In this document: positions 49,901 to 62,483 of the stretch, piece by piece | Layout of the letters: every line of letters begins with the position of its first letter | Numbering within the stretch: the first letter of the stretch is position 1 | Assembly: GCA_016748015.1 (NCBI GenBank) | Contig: JAAOMT010000577.1 | Span: 1 to 64,000, forward strand | Origin: Geosiphon pyriformis uo1 | Taxonomy: Eukaryota > Fungi > Glomeromycota | DNA: 64,000 bases | Direction of reading: 5' to 3' | The notes under the pieces: generated by a model | Seen by the model: only the letters and a program-made list of their open reading frames with translations | Told to the model about the DNA's origin: nothing | The model's database searches: none | Position numbers and translations under genes: made by a program

Positions 49901-52050
49901 AACAAATTTTTTATATATTTTGATTTAAATTATTTTTTAAATAATATTATGTTATTAAATGCATATTTTATAAAATTAACATAACTTTCAATTTTTTTTA
50001 AAGTATCTTCAATTAATAAACTTATGCATAAATAAGAAACTAAATTAAAGTGTTTTTTAAAACTAAAAAATTATTATTATAAAAAGTATTAAACTTGCTA
50101 TAAGCAAAAAAATCTAATTAAAAATAATCTTAAAAAATATTTTCCTAATAGTTTTAATCAATAAATATTTAACAAGATTTTTTTTAATTATATAGCTTAG
50201 AAATTATTGACACTTATGCTTTTTTTATAATTTAAATACTAATTTATTTATTAAATATGTATTTAATTAATCAAACAACAAGTTCAAAACAAACTTATTA
50301 CAATATTTTTACAGCTTATTATAATACTAAACAAATTTTTAATTATTTTTAAAAACTTGTTATGCTTAATTTTTATAATTTTAACAATTATTTTATTATC
50401 TATATAATTTAATAAAATGTATTAACAGCATTAAAAATTAAGAATTTTATTTAGTATTATATTCTTTTTAATCTATTTTTCTATTATTGTATTTATCTTA
50501 AAACTGACTTTTTTTGGCTTCGAAATCAGTTTATTATTCATAATTAAATAATTTAAAATAATCTTTTAAAAAAAACATTTTAAACTATTTCTAATTATAT
50601 AATTTTTATTATTAACAAAATTTTCTATATATTTTTTAATTGTTAATCTTATCTTAAATGTTTTAATCACATAAAATTCATGAAACTTAGATATTAAATA
50701 AATTTTTTTATACCAGATAAAATTATACTAATGTTATTAACACAAAAACCAATATTTAACAAATTTTTAATTCTTGTAATTTTTAATTTATTAAAAAAAA
50801 CCATATATATATAAAAGTTTTTAAATTTAATATTAACTCTTAGTCTCAATTTTTTAATAATCTTAAAAATTAATTGTTCCAAATTAAAAAACTTTGAAAA
50901 TATTTATTATAACATAATTAAACTTATATAATCAAATTTTAACAAATATTTTATTAGTTAATAAACAACTGCAAATTAATAATAATTAATTACTAACAAA
51001 ATATATGTGACAAATTTTTTAAAAAATTATATTTAAAATTAGTATAATTAAAATATTTGTAATTTTTACAATAAACCAAATTTAATCTAGTTTATAATAA
51101 ATTAATTATATAAGTTTTTTTACAAATATTTTTTAGAAAATTCTTAAAATTATATATAATAATGTTCATAAGTAAAGTAAACAACATAGTTTTAAACTTG
51201 TTTTTTTGTTTTTGATTATTCTAATTTTTAATAATTTTAATAATAGAAACAGATTTTTCACTAATTAACACAAATTATTTATTAACCAAAAAATTAATCT
51301 AATTTAAATTAGCAAATTTAATTATAGTTTTTTGTTACAGCCCAATCAACTATAATTAAATTAACACAATCCTATCAAATTTAAACAGAACTAAAATAAT
51401 TATTTATGAGAATTTTTTTAATTACAATTATTTAATCTAACTACATATTTGCTTTTTTGAGATTACTGTTTACCAAGATACTTTTATTTATTATCAATAC
51501 TGTAGTCTTATTTAAATTAGTCTTTAAAATAAATATAAATTAAATAATTTCCTAAAATTTTGAAAAAATAAAAAAACCATTTTTTTATTTTTAACAATTG
51601 TACTTAGTAAAAAAAACTATTATTTTGTTAGTATTTATTTTTTTTGTTTTAAAAGTATTAGTCTAAGAGTTTAAAAGAGCTTTTTTCTTACTATTAGCTT
51701 TAAATTTATTGTTTATTACCACAAACTTTCTTAACTCATATTTTGAATTAGTCTTTATGTTATTATATTTACCAGAAACTTCCAAAAGCTTATCTAAAAA
51801 TGCTAATTCATCCAAAAAAAAATCTGTTTTATTATTAGAATTCTTTACTTTCTTTTTCATTTTTTTCATTTTTTACATAAAACTACTACCAACAAAATTA
51901 GAAACAGTCTCTTTAGCTAACTTTTTTTAAAAAACAATGTTTTTGAGAAATTATAAATATAAAAGAGAAAAAAGCTTTTGACAATTATGTGTAAATTATG
52001 ATTAAAACCCAATATACATTTTTTTTATTTTTTATTAAACTTAAAAACAA
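46922..52050 (-). mobile_element. Non-LTR retrotransposon (LINE), about 5 kb, heavily C>T/G>A hypermutated
   Basis: Minus-strand remnants: ORF1-like LIGL*QKTIIKFA (about 51350-51310) and NKFKTMLFTLL; RT-like KKA*VSIISKLYN* and LIKTIRKIFFKIIFN*I (50225-50110), IHNKLN*RKIF/SLF*RIFYNFF (49825-49757), AFIINNI at the expected xxDD site (about 49630-49650). GC-retaining 3' end and A-rich tail at 46922-47070. 5' boundary approximate. Confidence 0.75.
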
Positions 52051-52947
52051 ATAAAAAAAGCTTTTACATTTACTATTAATATTTTAAGAATAAACTAAAT
52101 AAAACTTTTTAAGCTTATAAAAAAAAATTTACTTTAGTTTTTATTTTTGATTTAAGTAAATTTAAAAAGAATCATATATTTTTAAAATAAATACTTTATA
52201 TTATGTTTTGAATATCGTTTTTTTATAAATCGTATATTGATAAACTGATATATTTTGTAATTTTTATTTTTAGTAAATTTATTTTAGCAAAAACAATTAT
52301 AATATTTATTATAAATTTTTTTTGGCTATTGTCATAGTATTTAAAGTAAATAAAACATGTTTTCTAAACAGACAAATTAAACTTATTATAATTTAAATAA
52401 TTTGATTTAATTAATAAAAAAATATTTATTGATTGTTTCAACTTTTGAATTTTGTTTTTGATAAATAAAATAAATTTTTTATGTATAAACCAAAAATTTT
52501 ATAATAGTTTAATAACTTTTTAAATCATTAAATTACATGATAATTTTAACTTTGAAAACAACTTTCTGTATATTTGTTAAAAGAATTAATAACTAAATCA
52601 ATAACTGAATTAAAAATCAAGCTAATGTTAACTTATTACATGGATGAGAATATTAAAGGGGTAATCCAAAATAAAAGATCAGGCATAAAAATTATACCTA
52701 TAATGATTTAGATCAATTTACTGAACAGTATAAAAAAGAGAATAAACTACTGAAATAATTGAACATCGGAAATAATGCTCAAAACTTTTCTACTTTATTA
52801 CTTTCACTCAAATTAAAAAGATATGGAAAAGCGCCCATTATAAAAAAACTATTAGGCGAGTTCAAAAGAAATAAAAAAGTGATAAAAATGATGACAAACC
52901 ATAATGTTAAAATGCTTTTGTAGAATGGGTGTAATAGATGGTAAGTT

Positions 52948-53973
52948 TCAAGTGCGAAAAATGGTATGTAAGAGGTCTCTTGTATTTATTGTATCGTCAG
53001 AAATTAAACTTTTGTATAATTTAAGCGCACTGTGAGCGTCTTGACATGTACCAAATCCAGACCAAAAACAGTCAGCTTGATATTTTAGGCCTGTCGAATC
53101 TCCACAATCCGCAGCTTTTTTGAACCAGATATAAGCACGTCTAAAATCACGGGAAACACCTTCATTAACAAAATAATAATGTGCAACCCAAGTCATTGAA
53201 ACGATGTCACCGAGATATGCCGCCCGAAGAAACCATGCAAAAGATTTTTTGACATCCTTAATAGTACCACTTCCATTTCTATAGCAATTGGCGACCCAGC
53301 ATTGAGCTTCTTGAGTTCCCCGTTCAGCCGATTTCAAATACCAGTGAAATGCTTGGACTTCATCTTTCGAGGTACCAATACCTTGCCGATACCGATGAGC
53401 AAGTGTTAATTGTCCACTAGGACAACCACCTTCAGCTGATTTGATATACCATTCTACAGCTTTTTCTTCATTCTTCTCGATTCCTTCTCCACGCTCATAG
53501 CAAAAACCAACCCAAGCTTGGGCGGTGGCATAATTATTTCCTGCACTTTTTTTAAAATATCTCAAAGATTCTTCAAAATTTTGTGTTGTACCAAATCCTG
53601 TTCTGTAACAGAAACCAATTTGGTTTTGTGCTAACGGCTCGAAATCGGCGACATTTTTATACCAAAAAAAGGTTTTTTCTTTGTTAGCATCAGTTCCTAG
53701 TCCATAACAATATAGAAATGCAAGAAAAGAAGAAAAAGTTTTGTTTTTTTGTTGTTCGAAAGTCCATTGAAACAAATCTTTGGCTGATTTATCGTTAAGA
53801 ATTAACCATTTTTGACAACTTTTGACTATATCATCATCATTGTAATATGTATCACTCATTTCACGGAATAACATAAAGCAATCTTCAAAATTTGAAGATG
53901 GATCCGATATATGGTTTCGTTGTTCCTTGATCTGAAGCTCGCATTTTTTTTCGACTTTAATGTTACTAGACAT
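52948..53973 (-). CDS. Sel1-like repeat protein, intronless, 341 aa
   Basis: About seven SLR repeats (AQNQIGFCYRTGFGT; AQAWVGFCYERGEG; AQCWVANCYRNGSGT); same architecture as 35966-36961. Confidence 0.92.
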   Translation of the reverse strand: MSSNIKVEKKCELQIKEQRNHISDPSSNFEDCFMLFREMSDTYYNDDDIVKSCQKWLILNDKSAKDLFQWTFEQQKNKTFSSFLAFLYCYGLGTDANKEKTFFWYKNVADFEPLAQNQIGFCYRTGFGTTQNFEESLRYFKKSAGNNYATAQAWVGFCYERGEGIEKNEEKAVEWYIKSAEGGCPSGQLTLAHRYRQGIGTSKDEVQAFHWYLKSAERGTQEAQCWVANCYRNGSGTIKDVKKSFAWFLRAAYLGDIVSMTWVAHYYFVNEGVSRDFRRAYIWFKKAADCGDSTGLKYQADCFWSGFGTCQDAHSALKLYKSLISDDTINTRDLLHTIFRT

Positions 53974-54404
53974 TTTTTTAACTTGGGGAGTTGGAAAAAA
54001 AATGTTGTCTTAAATGTTTCTATTATTATGTAATGATTTATGTTTAAATATTTTTAAATTAATACAAATACTAGCGCTAATGAGAAAGGTATGATCTTAA
54101 AAGAGATAGTTGTACGACTACCAATGTTCAACCTTTTCACCGAATTTTAATAAGATCTAATTGATTGATCGACTAAGTGTGTGTATCTATTATAGTAATA
54201 TCAAATTCTACTATTGGGCAAAAACTGGTTTTGCAGGTAGCAGCAGATTTTTATATAATTAAAGTATTCTGTCAAAAAATGATTATTATTATTATCATCA
54301 TCTGGTAATTTACCAAGATAAATTATATTCCGTCTTGCGTTTACACAAACGAACGATTAATCCATATGAATTTTCATTAAACCATCTTTTATAAAATTAC
54401 GACA

Positions 54405-55073
54405 ATGTCCAATGAGATACGAAAACTCCTTGTAGAAATTATTGAAATCTATCGAGCGGGAGCTGAACGCTGGGAATCAGATGACATAATTCGAAGAGAA
54501 ATTGAGAATCGTTTGAATCTATTTTCTTCTGATTACACTGAAACATCCACCTCCCTCATGTCGCTTCTATCTCATACCACCACTGACACATTCAGCTTAT
54601 GTCTAAAAGGTTTTCTTACACACTACGGAATTGGAACTGTACGTGATCTTCATCAATCTTTTCGTCTATATAAAAAAGCATCAAAACTAGGTAATCGAGT
54701 GGCACAAAATGAATTAGGCTTTCTTTATCGTAACGGAATTGGAGTAAAGAGCAATAGGAACAAGGCTTTTATTTGGTATTCTAATTCCGCGAAACAGGGA
54801 TACGCTATGGGACAATCGAATTTGGCATATTGGTATATTGCAGGGAAAAGCAGTAAAAAGTATCAACAAGCGTTCTATTGGTATCGTAAAGCTGCTAGCT
54901 CTGGGCTAAAAACTGCACAATACCGTCTTGGGTCATTTTATATGTTGGATTCGGATGTTATTGTATGTAAACGGGATGTGCATGAAGCGTTGCGATATTT
55001 TACCAAAGTAGCAAAGCAAGGTCATACTAGTGCTCGATTAGCCGTAGAGTCAATATTTATGGCAGGTAGTTAA
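54405..55073 (+). CDS. Sel1-like repeat protein, intronless, 222 aa
   Basis: About four SLR repeats (AQNELGFLYRNGIGV; AQYRLGSFY). Divergent from 52948-53973. Confidence 0.9.
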   Translation: MSNEIRKLLVEIIEIYRAGAERWESDDIIRREIENRLNLFSSDYTETSTSLMSLLSHTTTDTFSLCLKGFLTHYGIGTVRDLHQSFRLYKKASKLGNRVAQNELGFLYRNGIGVKSNRNKAFIWYSNSAKQGYAMGQSNLAYWYIAGKSSKKYQQAFYWYRKAASSGLKTAQYRLGSFYMLDSDVIVCKRDVHEALRYFTKVAKQGHTSARLAVESIFMAGS

Positions 55074-56007
55074 GATCTTTATTCACGTGAGTCATCAATG
55101 AAATTTGTGATCCAAGTTAAATACTATGAAAAAGCTTTGGATAGAGATCATTTCAACATTTCAATTTGGAATAATTGGAGACCACTATATCATAATTTTT
55201 TTCGACATTGCTTATGTGAGGTAGTTGAATAATGGCGAAATAAATTCGAATTCTATTGATTGGGTCACTCACTAAAGTCTCAATAAATTTCAAAGGTTGA
55301 AGTGCAAAATACAAAGCCATCACTAAAATAGCTAGATATACAAGAGAAAGGGGATATAATAAAGCAATAAAATATTGTTAAAAGTCCCAATGTCTAGCTA
55401 AGTGTGACTTCAATTACTAAATTAACAACAAAAAAGGAGCCATAAGGAAAAAATTTTCAATTCAACTCAATTATGTCTAAATTAGTGTTTTTTTATTAAA
55501 AGTGTTTATGTGCAAAAATATTTCTGATAATGTTAAAAGAAATCTGCTTATTAATATATAAGTCTTAATATAAACAATGTTTAAAATAAATAAAATAACA
55601 TTAAAGTTAAGACAATCTTTTTTTTATTATTAAAAGTTTTAATTATTTTTTTGAATTTTAAATCATGAAAATTTTATTTTAATCATGAATAAAATTAGTA
55701 TTTACAACTGGTACCAACTATTTTTTTCTCTTAAATTGCAAGCTTAACATTTTAAAATTATTAAATATTATTTTTAACCAATTAATTAATCAAAAAAGTC
55801 TTTTAAATTTTTTTAAATTTAAATAATACAAATACAATGTGTGTATTTCAAAATGTCAATAAAAATAAAAATAATCAATACAAATAATAAATAAATAAAT
55901 TCATTCTGGTTAAAACTTTTTTATTGCATATCATGTGATCTGTTGTTATTTATAATTGATCATTCCCGTGTTATACATCTACCTACATAAGAAAAATTTT
56001 TTTCATA

Positions 56008-59000
56008 ATGCTTCAGGGTTCTTGCAATCATTCTTTAAAAAATCTAATACCATATTTTAGGCTATTTTCGACCAATTCACTTTCAAATAAAAACATCATT
56101 TTATATATTCACTGCAGAAGGTTTTCAATATTCCCTTACTTTCCACAGCGATCAATATTATTTTCTCGATTATCGATCGAAAAAAATCCTCATTTTTTTA
56201 CAAAGGCCAGGTTCCAATCTACAATAAAAAAGGTGAAAACTCTGTTCTTTGAAAATATTCATATCACTTTTTGTCAATTCTGAGCATTTGATTCTCAACA
56301 GAAAAAGGTCAAAGATCAGATTTCCCTTGAAAATTATCCAGTCGAAAGAATCCGAAATTTTAGTATTATTGCTCACGTAGGTCCGTCTTCTTTTATAATT
56401 CATTTGATGGATCGAGTCAAATTTTTTCTCTAAAATCACACTCTACTTTTCATCAAATAGATCACGGTAAAAGCACGTTAGCTGATAGGTATTCCTACTT
56501 ACTTATTCATGACTTTAAGTAACAAACCTTTCTTCAATAAATCAATCATTGAATTCACGCTAAAAAATATTTTGTTTCTTTTTCAATTATAGATTACTTG
56601 AATTGACAGGTTAACCAAAGGAAATATTTCAATTTCTTTCCATCTCCAAGATTTTTTAACTCTTTTTTGTGATCCATGAATTAGGCACCATCTCATCAAA
56701 TCAAATCAATGCACAGGTATTAGACAAATTAACAGTTGAACGTGAACGGGGGATTACAGTAAAAGCTCAAGTAAGTTTTTGAATCAATTTTGTATTCTTC
56801 GAAAAATTAAATGAAAATTCTTTTATTCTACTTTAGTCCTGTTCTATGTTTTATGAGTATAAAGGCCAGGAATATCTTCTTAATCTCATCGATACACCTG
56901 TAAGAACATTGAATTTTCCTGTTAATTTCGTAACTACAACTATTTAAAGAATTCACTGCTTTCTTCTTTAGGGGCACGTAGATTTTAGCTATGAAGTTTC
57001 TCGGTCTTTGGCGGCTTGTCAAGGTACTTTACTACTCATTGACGCCTCCCAAGGAATCCAAGCGCAAACCGTTGCAAATTTTTTTTTGGCTTTTGGTGAA
57101 GGTCTTGTGATAATCCCTATTTTGAACAAAGTAGGTAGCATATGAACATTGTTCTAAAAAAAATTTAATTCAACTCAAATCACATTTTCTAATTTGAAGA
57201 TTGACTTGCCAACTGCTGACACAGAAAAAGTGAAATTTCAAATAGAAAGCACATTTGAAATTAACACCAAAAATATTTTGGAGGTAATTTTCTAATAATC
57301 CATATTCCTTTTGATGATATTTATAATTCTTAGCAAAATTGCTTTCATAAGTTAGATATCTGCAAAATCGGGAATAAATGTAGAGCAAATATTACCCAAA
57401 GTTATTGAAAATTTGCCTCCGTAAGTGCTGTTTTTCAGTTGTGAAATCAAAAATACCTTTTTAATAATTTTTGATTTATTTAAGACCAACAGGGCAGATA
57501 AACAGTCCGTTGAAGGCTTTTCTCTTTGATTCATGGTACGATACATATGTCGGGGTGGTATGCCTGATGGCTATAATGGATGGAAAATTGCAAAAAGGTA
57601 ATAGTTACCTGGTTATTAATGTCAATTTAAAATAATTTTGATGTCAACTCTAAATCAATAATATTTTACTTGATCAGGGGATAAGATAGAATCTGCCCAC
57701 TCAAAAATTCGATATGAAGTAATCGAATGCGGAATTATGTATCCAGAGCAAGTCCCAACAGGATCCCTGTAATATTTCCCTTGGAGTTTAAAAAAAGTTA
57801 AATGAGACTTGAAAAATCAACTACTTACTGTAACTCATTTCGCTTCATCTTTTTTAGCCAGGCGGGTCAAGTTGGTTATATAATATGCAGCATGAAAGCC
57901 GCGTCAGAAGCATATATTGGGGACACTTTCTATCATGTGAAATATCCGGTTGAACCTTTGCCTGGATTTGAGCCGGCAAAACCGATGGTAAATTCTTTAT
58001 TTTAATCTATATGTTATAGTATATACTAATCAATTTAATTAGGTTTTCGCCGGGATTTTTCCGGTAGATACCAATGACTTTAATAAATTGGACGAATCCA
58101 TCACAAAACTTACTCTTAATGACGCTAGCGTCTCTGTACAAAAAGAGACTAGGTGACTGAACCTATATTTTTGACGAAATTTATATATTTCAAAAAGTAG
58201 TTTCTCTAAGTCATTTTGATATTTAAATTTCCAAATCCATCAGTGATGCACTTGGGCAAGGATGGCGTATTGGATTTTTGGGGACTTTACACATGGACGT
58301 TTTTCGACAAAGATTGGAAGAGGTGCCAAAAATTTACATACATTTTCGAAGCCATGGAAACACCATCGAAATTTTTATTGATTTATCTTCATCCCTTTTC
58401 AGGAATACGAAGCGAACCTTATCGTCACTCAACCAACTGTGCCTTATAAAAGTAAATTCTTCAGCATTTTCATTTTGCCAAAGCAATATTTTGCTAACAT
58501 GTTGTAAACCAAAATAGTCGTCACCCGAGATGGTCAATCCAAATTTATCCGTAATCCCTCTGAATTTCCCGATACTCAGGATGTGTCTCGTAAAGTTCTT
58601 GAAGTAGAGGAACCAATGGTGCTTTCCACGTTTATCGTCCCAGAGGTACATTTAGATTTCAATTATTTTAGCATTTAAAATTTATTATTCTATTATAATT
58701 GATTTGATGATTCATAAACCTCCTGAACTGTGATCATAGGAATATATGGGATCTATAATGGATCTGTGTGGGGTATACATTCTGATGTTTATTATGTCTC
58801 GCAAATCGTTTTCGTATCAATAAAATTCTACTTGCTTTTATTCATAGACGCGTCGTGGTGAACAAAAAGAATATAGCTATATAGATGAGACACGGGTCAT
58901 GATGAAATATGTTCTCCCTCTTGCAGAAATAGTGACCGATTTTCATGACGAACTCAAATCACGATCCAGCGGCTATGCGACGTAATAACCAGCCTGTTTT

Positions 59001-59820
59001 TCTTGTCATCATTAAAGTATTGAGATCCAAATTTTGGTATAGGTTTGATTATGAAGATATGGGATATCAGTCAGCTGATATTGTCAAGGTTAGTTCAGGT
59101 TTTTAGAATTTCCCTGAAAAGTTTTTTAATAGCTAGTATCCTTGAAACTCTTAAGATGAACGTCCTCCTCAATAAAAGGCCGGTTGATGCACTAGCTGCC
59201 ATCCTTCATAGATCGCAATTGGATAGAATTGGACGTGAATGGGCTAAAAGGCTCAAGGATGTTATACCAAGGTATGCTATTTCTAGCTGAAACTTTTTCA
59301 TCAGCTCTCATCATATTATTGATTTTTCTTAAATATTACAGACAACTATATGAAATAATTATCCAAACTGCAGTCGGCAACAAGGTTATTGCTCGTGAAA
59401 CGTAAGTCTTATTCTCACGTAATAAGTAAATTTAAAAGTTAATATGCAAATATCTGATTAATAATTCTTAGAATTACTGCATTACGAAAAAATGTCACTG
59501 CTAAATTGGTTAGTGTTTTCACATAATTAAATGCCAAGCTCGCACATATTATTTTTAAAAGTTTCTTCTTTTTCAACATGTAGTATGGAGGTGATGTTAC
59601 ACGGAAAATGAAGTTATTAACGAAACAAAGGGAAGGGAAAAAAAGGATGAGTTCAAAAATGATTGGTATGGACACTTTTATCAAAAAATTTGCTTTCAAT
59701 TTCTTTTTTGCATAACATTTTACTGTATCCTCTGTAGGAAATGTCGAGATTCCTCAACAAGCATTTTATGACTTTATGAAGAGAAGTGGGATGGCTGGTA
59801 ATGAAAAGAACTCGAAATAG
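56008..59820 (+). CDS. GUF1: Mitochondrial translation factor GUF1 (LepA/EF4), about 23 introns
   Basis: Basic presequence-like N-terminus. [10 protein letters not shown]|[28 protein letters not shown]|[18 protein letters not shown]|[36 protein letters not shown]|[23 protein letters not shown]. Stop at 59818-59820. Confidence 0.96.
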
Positions 59821-60431
59821 CGAGACTATACACTGCTAATAATCCTAGTGCTGAATTATGATGTTTCAATTGCTGCAATTCCGTTGCCTTTAAACTTTTC
59901 ATAATTCATATATAACTTATTCCTATTCTAGCCAAAGCCCCAAATTTAATAAAACTATAAATTGATTTTAGCCGAAATTTTGAAAAGTGCAAGACATTTA
60001 CTTGGAAAAGTGAAACCTCCATATAAGAAAAAGACTAAGCCCAAATTACCTTCAATTAAAATTCTTTGGTCATTTTATTTGCTCTGTTCAAATTAATAAA
60101 ACTTAGAATTTAGGTTATCTTAGTAAGGTGGATTTGTAGAATAAATTAATCCACCTAATAGTGTGGACTAGTTGGAAAAGGAATTACTTTTGACAGTGGA
60201 GGTTATAACTTAAAGTCTTCGGCGGCCTTGGAAACCATGAATTTTTTATTTTACCACATTAAAGATTTTTTAATGGGTGACGGGATTGCAATTCATTATA
60301 TTCAAGTAAAATAATTTTTATAAAATTACCATTTTTAAAATGTTTATTTTATATCGATTGATAATACATTTCCAAGGAGCAGTGAGAAAAATCTCCCAGT
60401 TGCTTCATCGAGCCGTTGCTTAGTAGCAGCT

Positions 60432-61390
60432 ATGGAATCTGTTACCCTCTTTCCTGCCTCATTCATGGCGACTCTACTCAGAGTGCCTTTGCATTATAAT
60501 CAACAAAGTCAAACTCGTGAGCGACCTAAAAGAAGACTTGGCTTGATTTCAACCACTTTGCTGCCAAGAATCTTACCCTATGGGCTATCTCCATACCGTT
60601 AAGAGATGGCACCATGCTTCCGAACCTTGAAAATTTCGATAAGCGCATGTTGGTCTCGGTAGATGAGAAACACGTTTATTTTATCGTGGAGCTGCCTGTG
60701 GGTGGTAAGTGTATAGTGCATCGAATGAACTTTTTACCATTTCTATGTTTCTAACTTGCATTTGAGGGTACTTTTTGCAATATAGTTATTAAAGGAAGCC
60801 GGAAGCGGAATTATCAAGTACAGAAAAAGGACAGATTATTAATTCAAAATTTCCCTCTCTTTTTTAAGCGCATAATGGCAGTTTATCAGACTTTCGTTAT
60901 GCAATATTTTCATTTATTTGTGTTTGTACTTGGCTAAAGTTATAGAGCGGCTGCTTAAGCTCCCCATTTTTTTGTGCATGCTTCATTTATCCATGTTATT
61001 GTGTTAATTAATATATATTAATTCGTTCCATTCCTCGTATTCTATTCATCTTATTTAATAATTTAGAAGATGACCCATTTATGAGAAATGTAAAGTTTTT
61101 CCTTCTCCCCGCGCCTTGAGTGATCCTAGAATTTGGAAAATTATGAAAATTTCGGTGATGGAGGCAGCAGTTTGGAGGATATTTTCATGGTGACCTTAGA
61201 GATTTCAATATTATGCTGCATCAAGATGCCGAAAATTGGCTTATAAAGTTTGTAGACTTCGATTGGGCGGGAAAGAAAAGGGAAGCCAAGTGTCCGTACT
61301 TTATGAATCACAACAATATCCCGAAGCAAAAGATGAAGCATTTATATGGAAAAAACTTGTTTTCCGGGCGAGAACATTGATATGTAATAT
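60432..61390 (+). pseudogene. Crinkler (CRN)-type gene with a C-terminal kinase, decayed
   Basis: MESVTLF/CLIHGDSTQSAFA/...KLVSDLKEDL/DFNHFAAKNLTLWAISIP...KHVYFIVELP then a donor at 60705 (CRN N-terminal domain ending in an HVLVxxP-like motif). GYFHGDLRDFNIML...IKFVDFDWAGK from 61177. Frameshifts. Confidence 0.78.
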
Positions 61391-62483
61391 GGGAAAAAGA
61401 ATGGTATAATTAATTTTATATTAATAAAAACATTTAGTTAACCTTAAAATAAAAAATTTTTAAATATATAAATATATAGTGTATTACAAAAATCTTTACA
61501 AAAGTTTCATATAATTACAATTTGTATTATATTCTAATTTGAATTTCAATTAATTTTTATTTATATGCAACCAGTTTTTTTTCAGTTTTGAAAAAATAAG
61601 CTAAAAGAATTTTAAATAAAAAAAAAAATGTGACAAAAATTTTTTTTATTTAACATTTATAAAACAAAAGAATATATATAATACAAACAAAATATATTGA
61701 TAAAACAAATATTTCAAATAGAATTATTTATTATAATATTAATACATTAAAAAAAAAATTATGCATAATTAATGTAATAACTGTTTAGAAAGAATCACAA
61801 TTGATGGTTCCAAAACTATTAAGCAATACATTTAAAAAAATTTGCCAAATGCTTTTATATCTCCAAAGGCAAAAACACATAAAATTAGGTACAAACAATA
61901 TTTGTTATTAAACTTATTTTTCAACTATTTAGAAATATCATACAATACTAAAATAAAAATGTTTAACTGATTTGGCTTATTTTGAAAAATTAAATAAAAA
62001 TTTTTGCTTGAGTGAATTTTACATACACAACAAGACAAGTTTGTCTTTTTAATATATTATAAATGGTGTTTTTTTGTACTAAAAATTAAACGAATGTTGA
62101 AGGACAACACACACATGATAAAACAAAAAAATTCTTTCAGATGAAATTCCCCGAAATTATTAATTGGCCGTAGATTTCTGACAACCTCAAACAAACTTAT
62201 AAAGGCTGCTGAATCACGTTTTTCGTATTTTAGATTTATCGATTGGCTTGAAATTATATATATAAAGTTTAAAGTCGTACATGTACAATGGAATTCGAGA
62301 TTTAGATTTTTATCGAGGTGTGCTTCTTGAACTCCAAAATTACAACTGTAAAGTTGTCTAAAATAAAATATATATTTTCGCATTCAAGATTTCTAATTTC
62401 AAGAAAAGTTTACTTGCAATATATATTCTATAACCACGAACTTCAAATCTCTTAATATTACAGAATAAATCAAAAATTTTATA

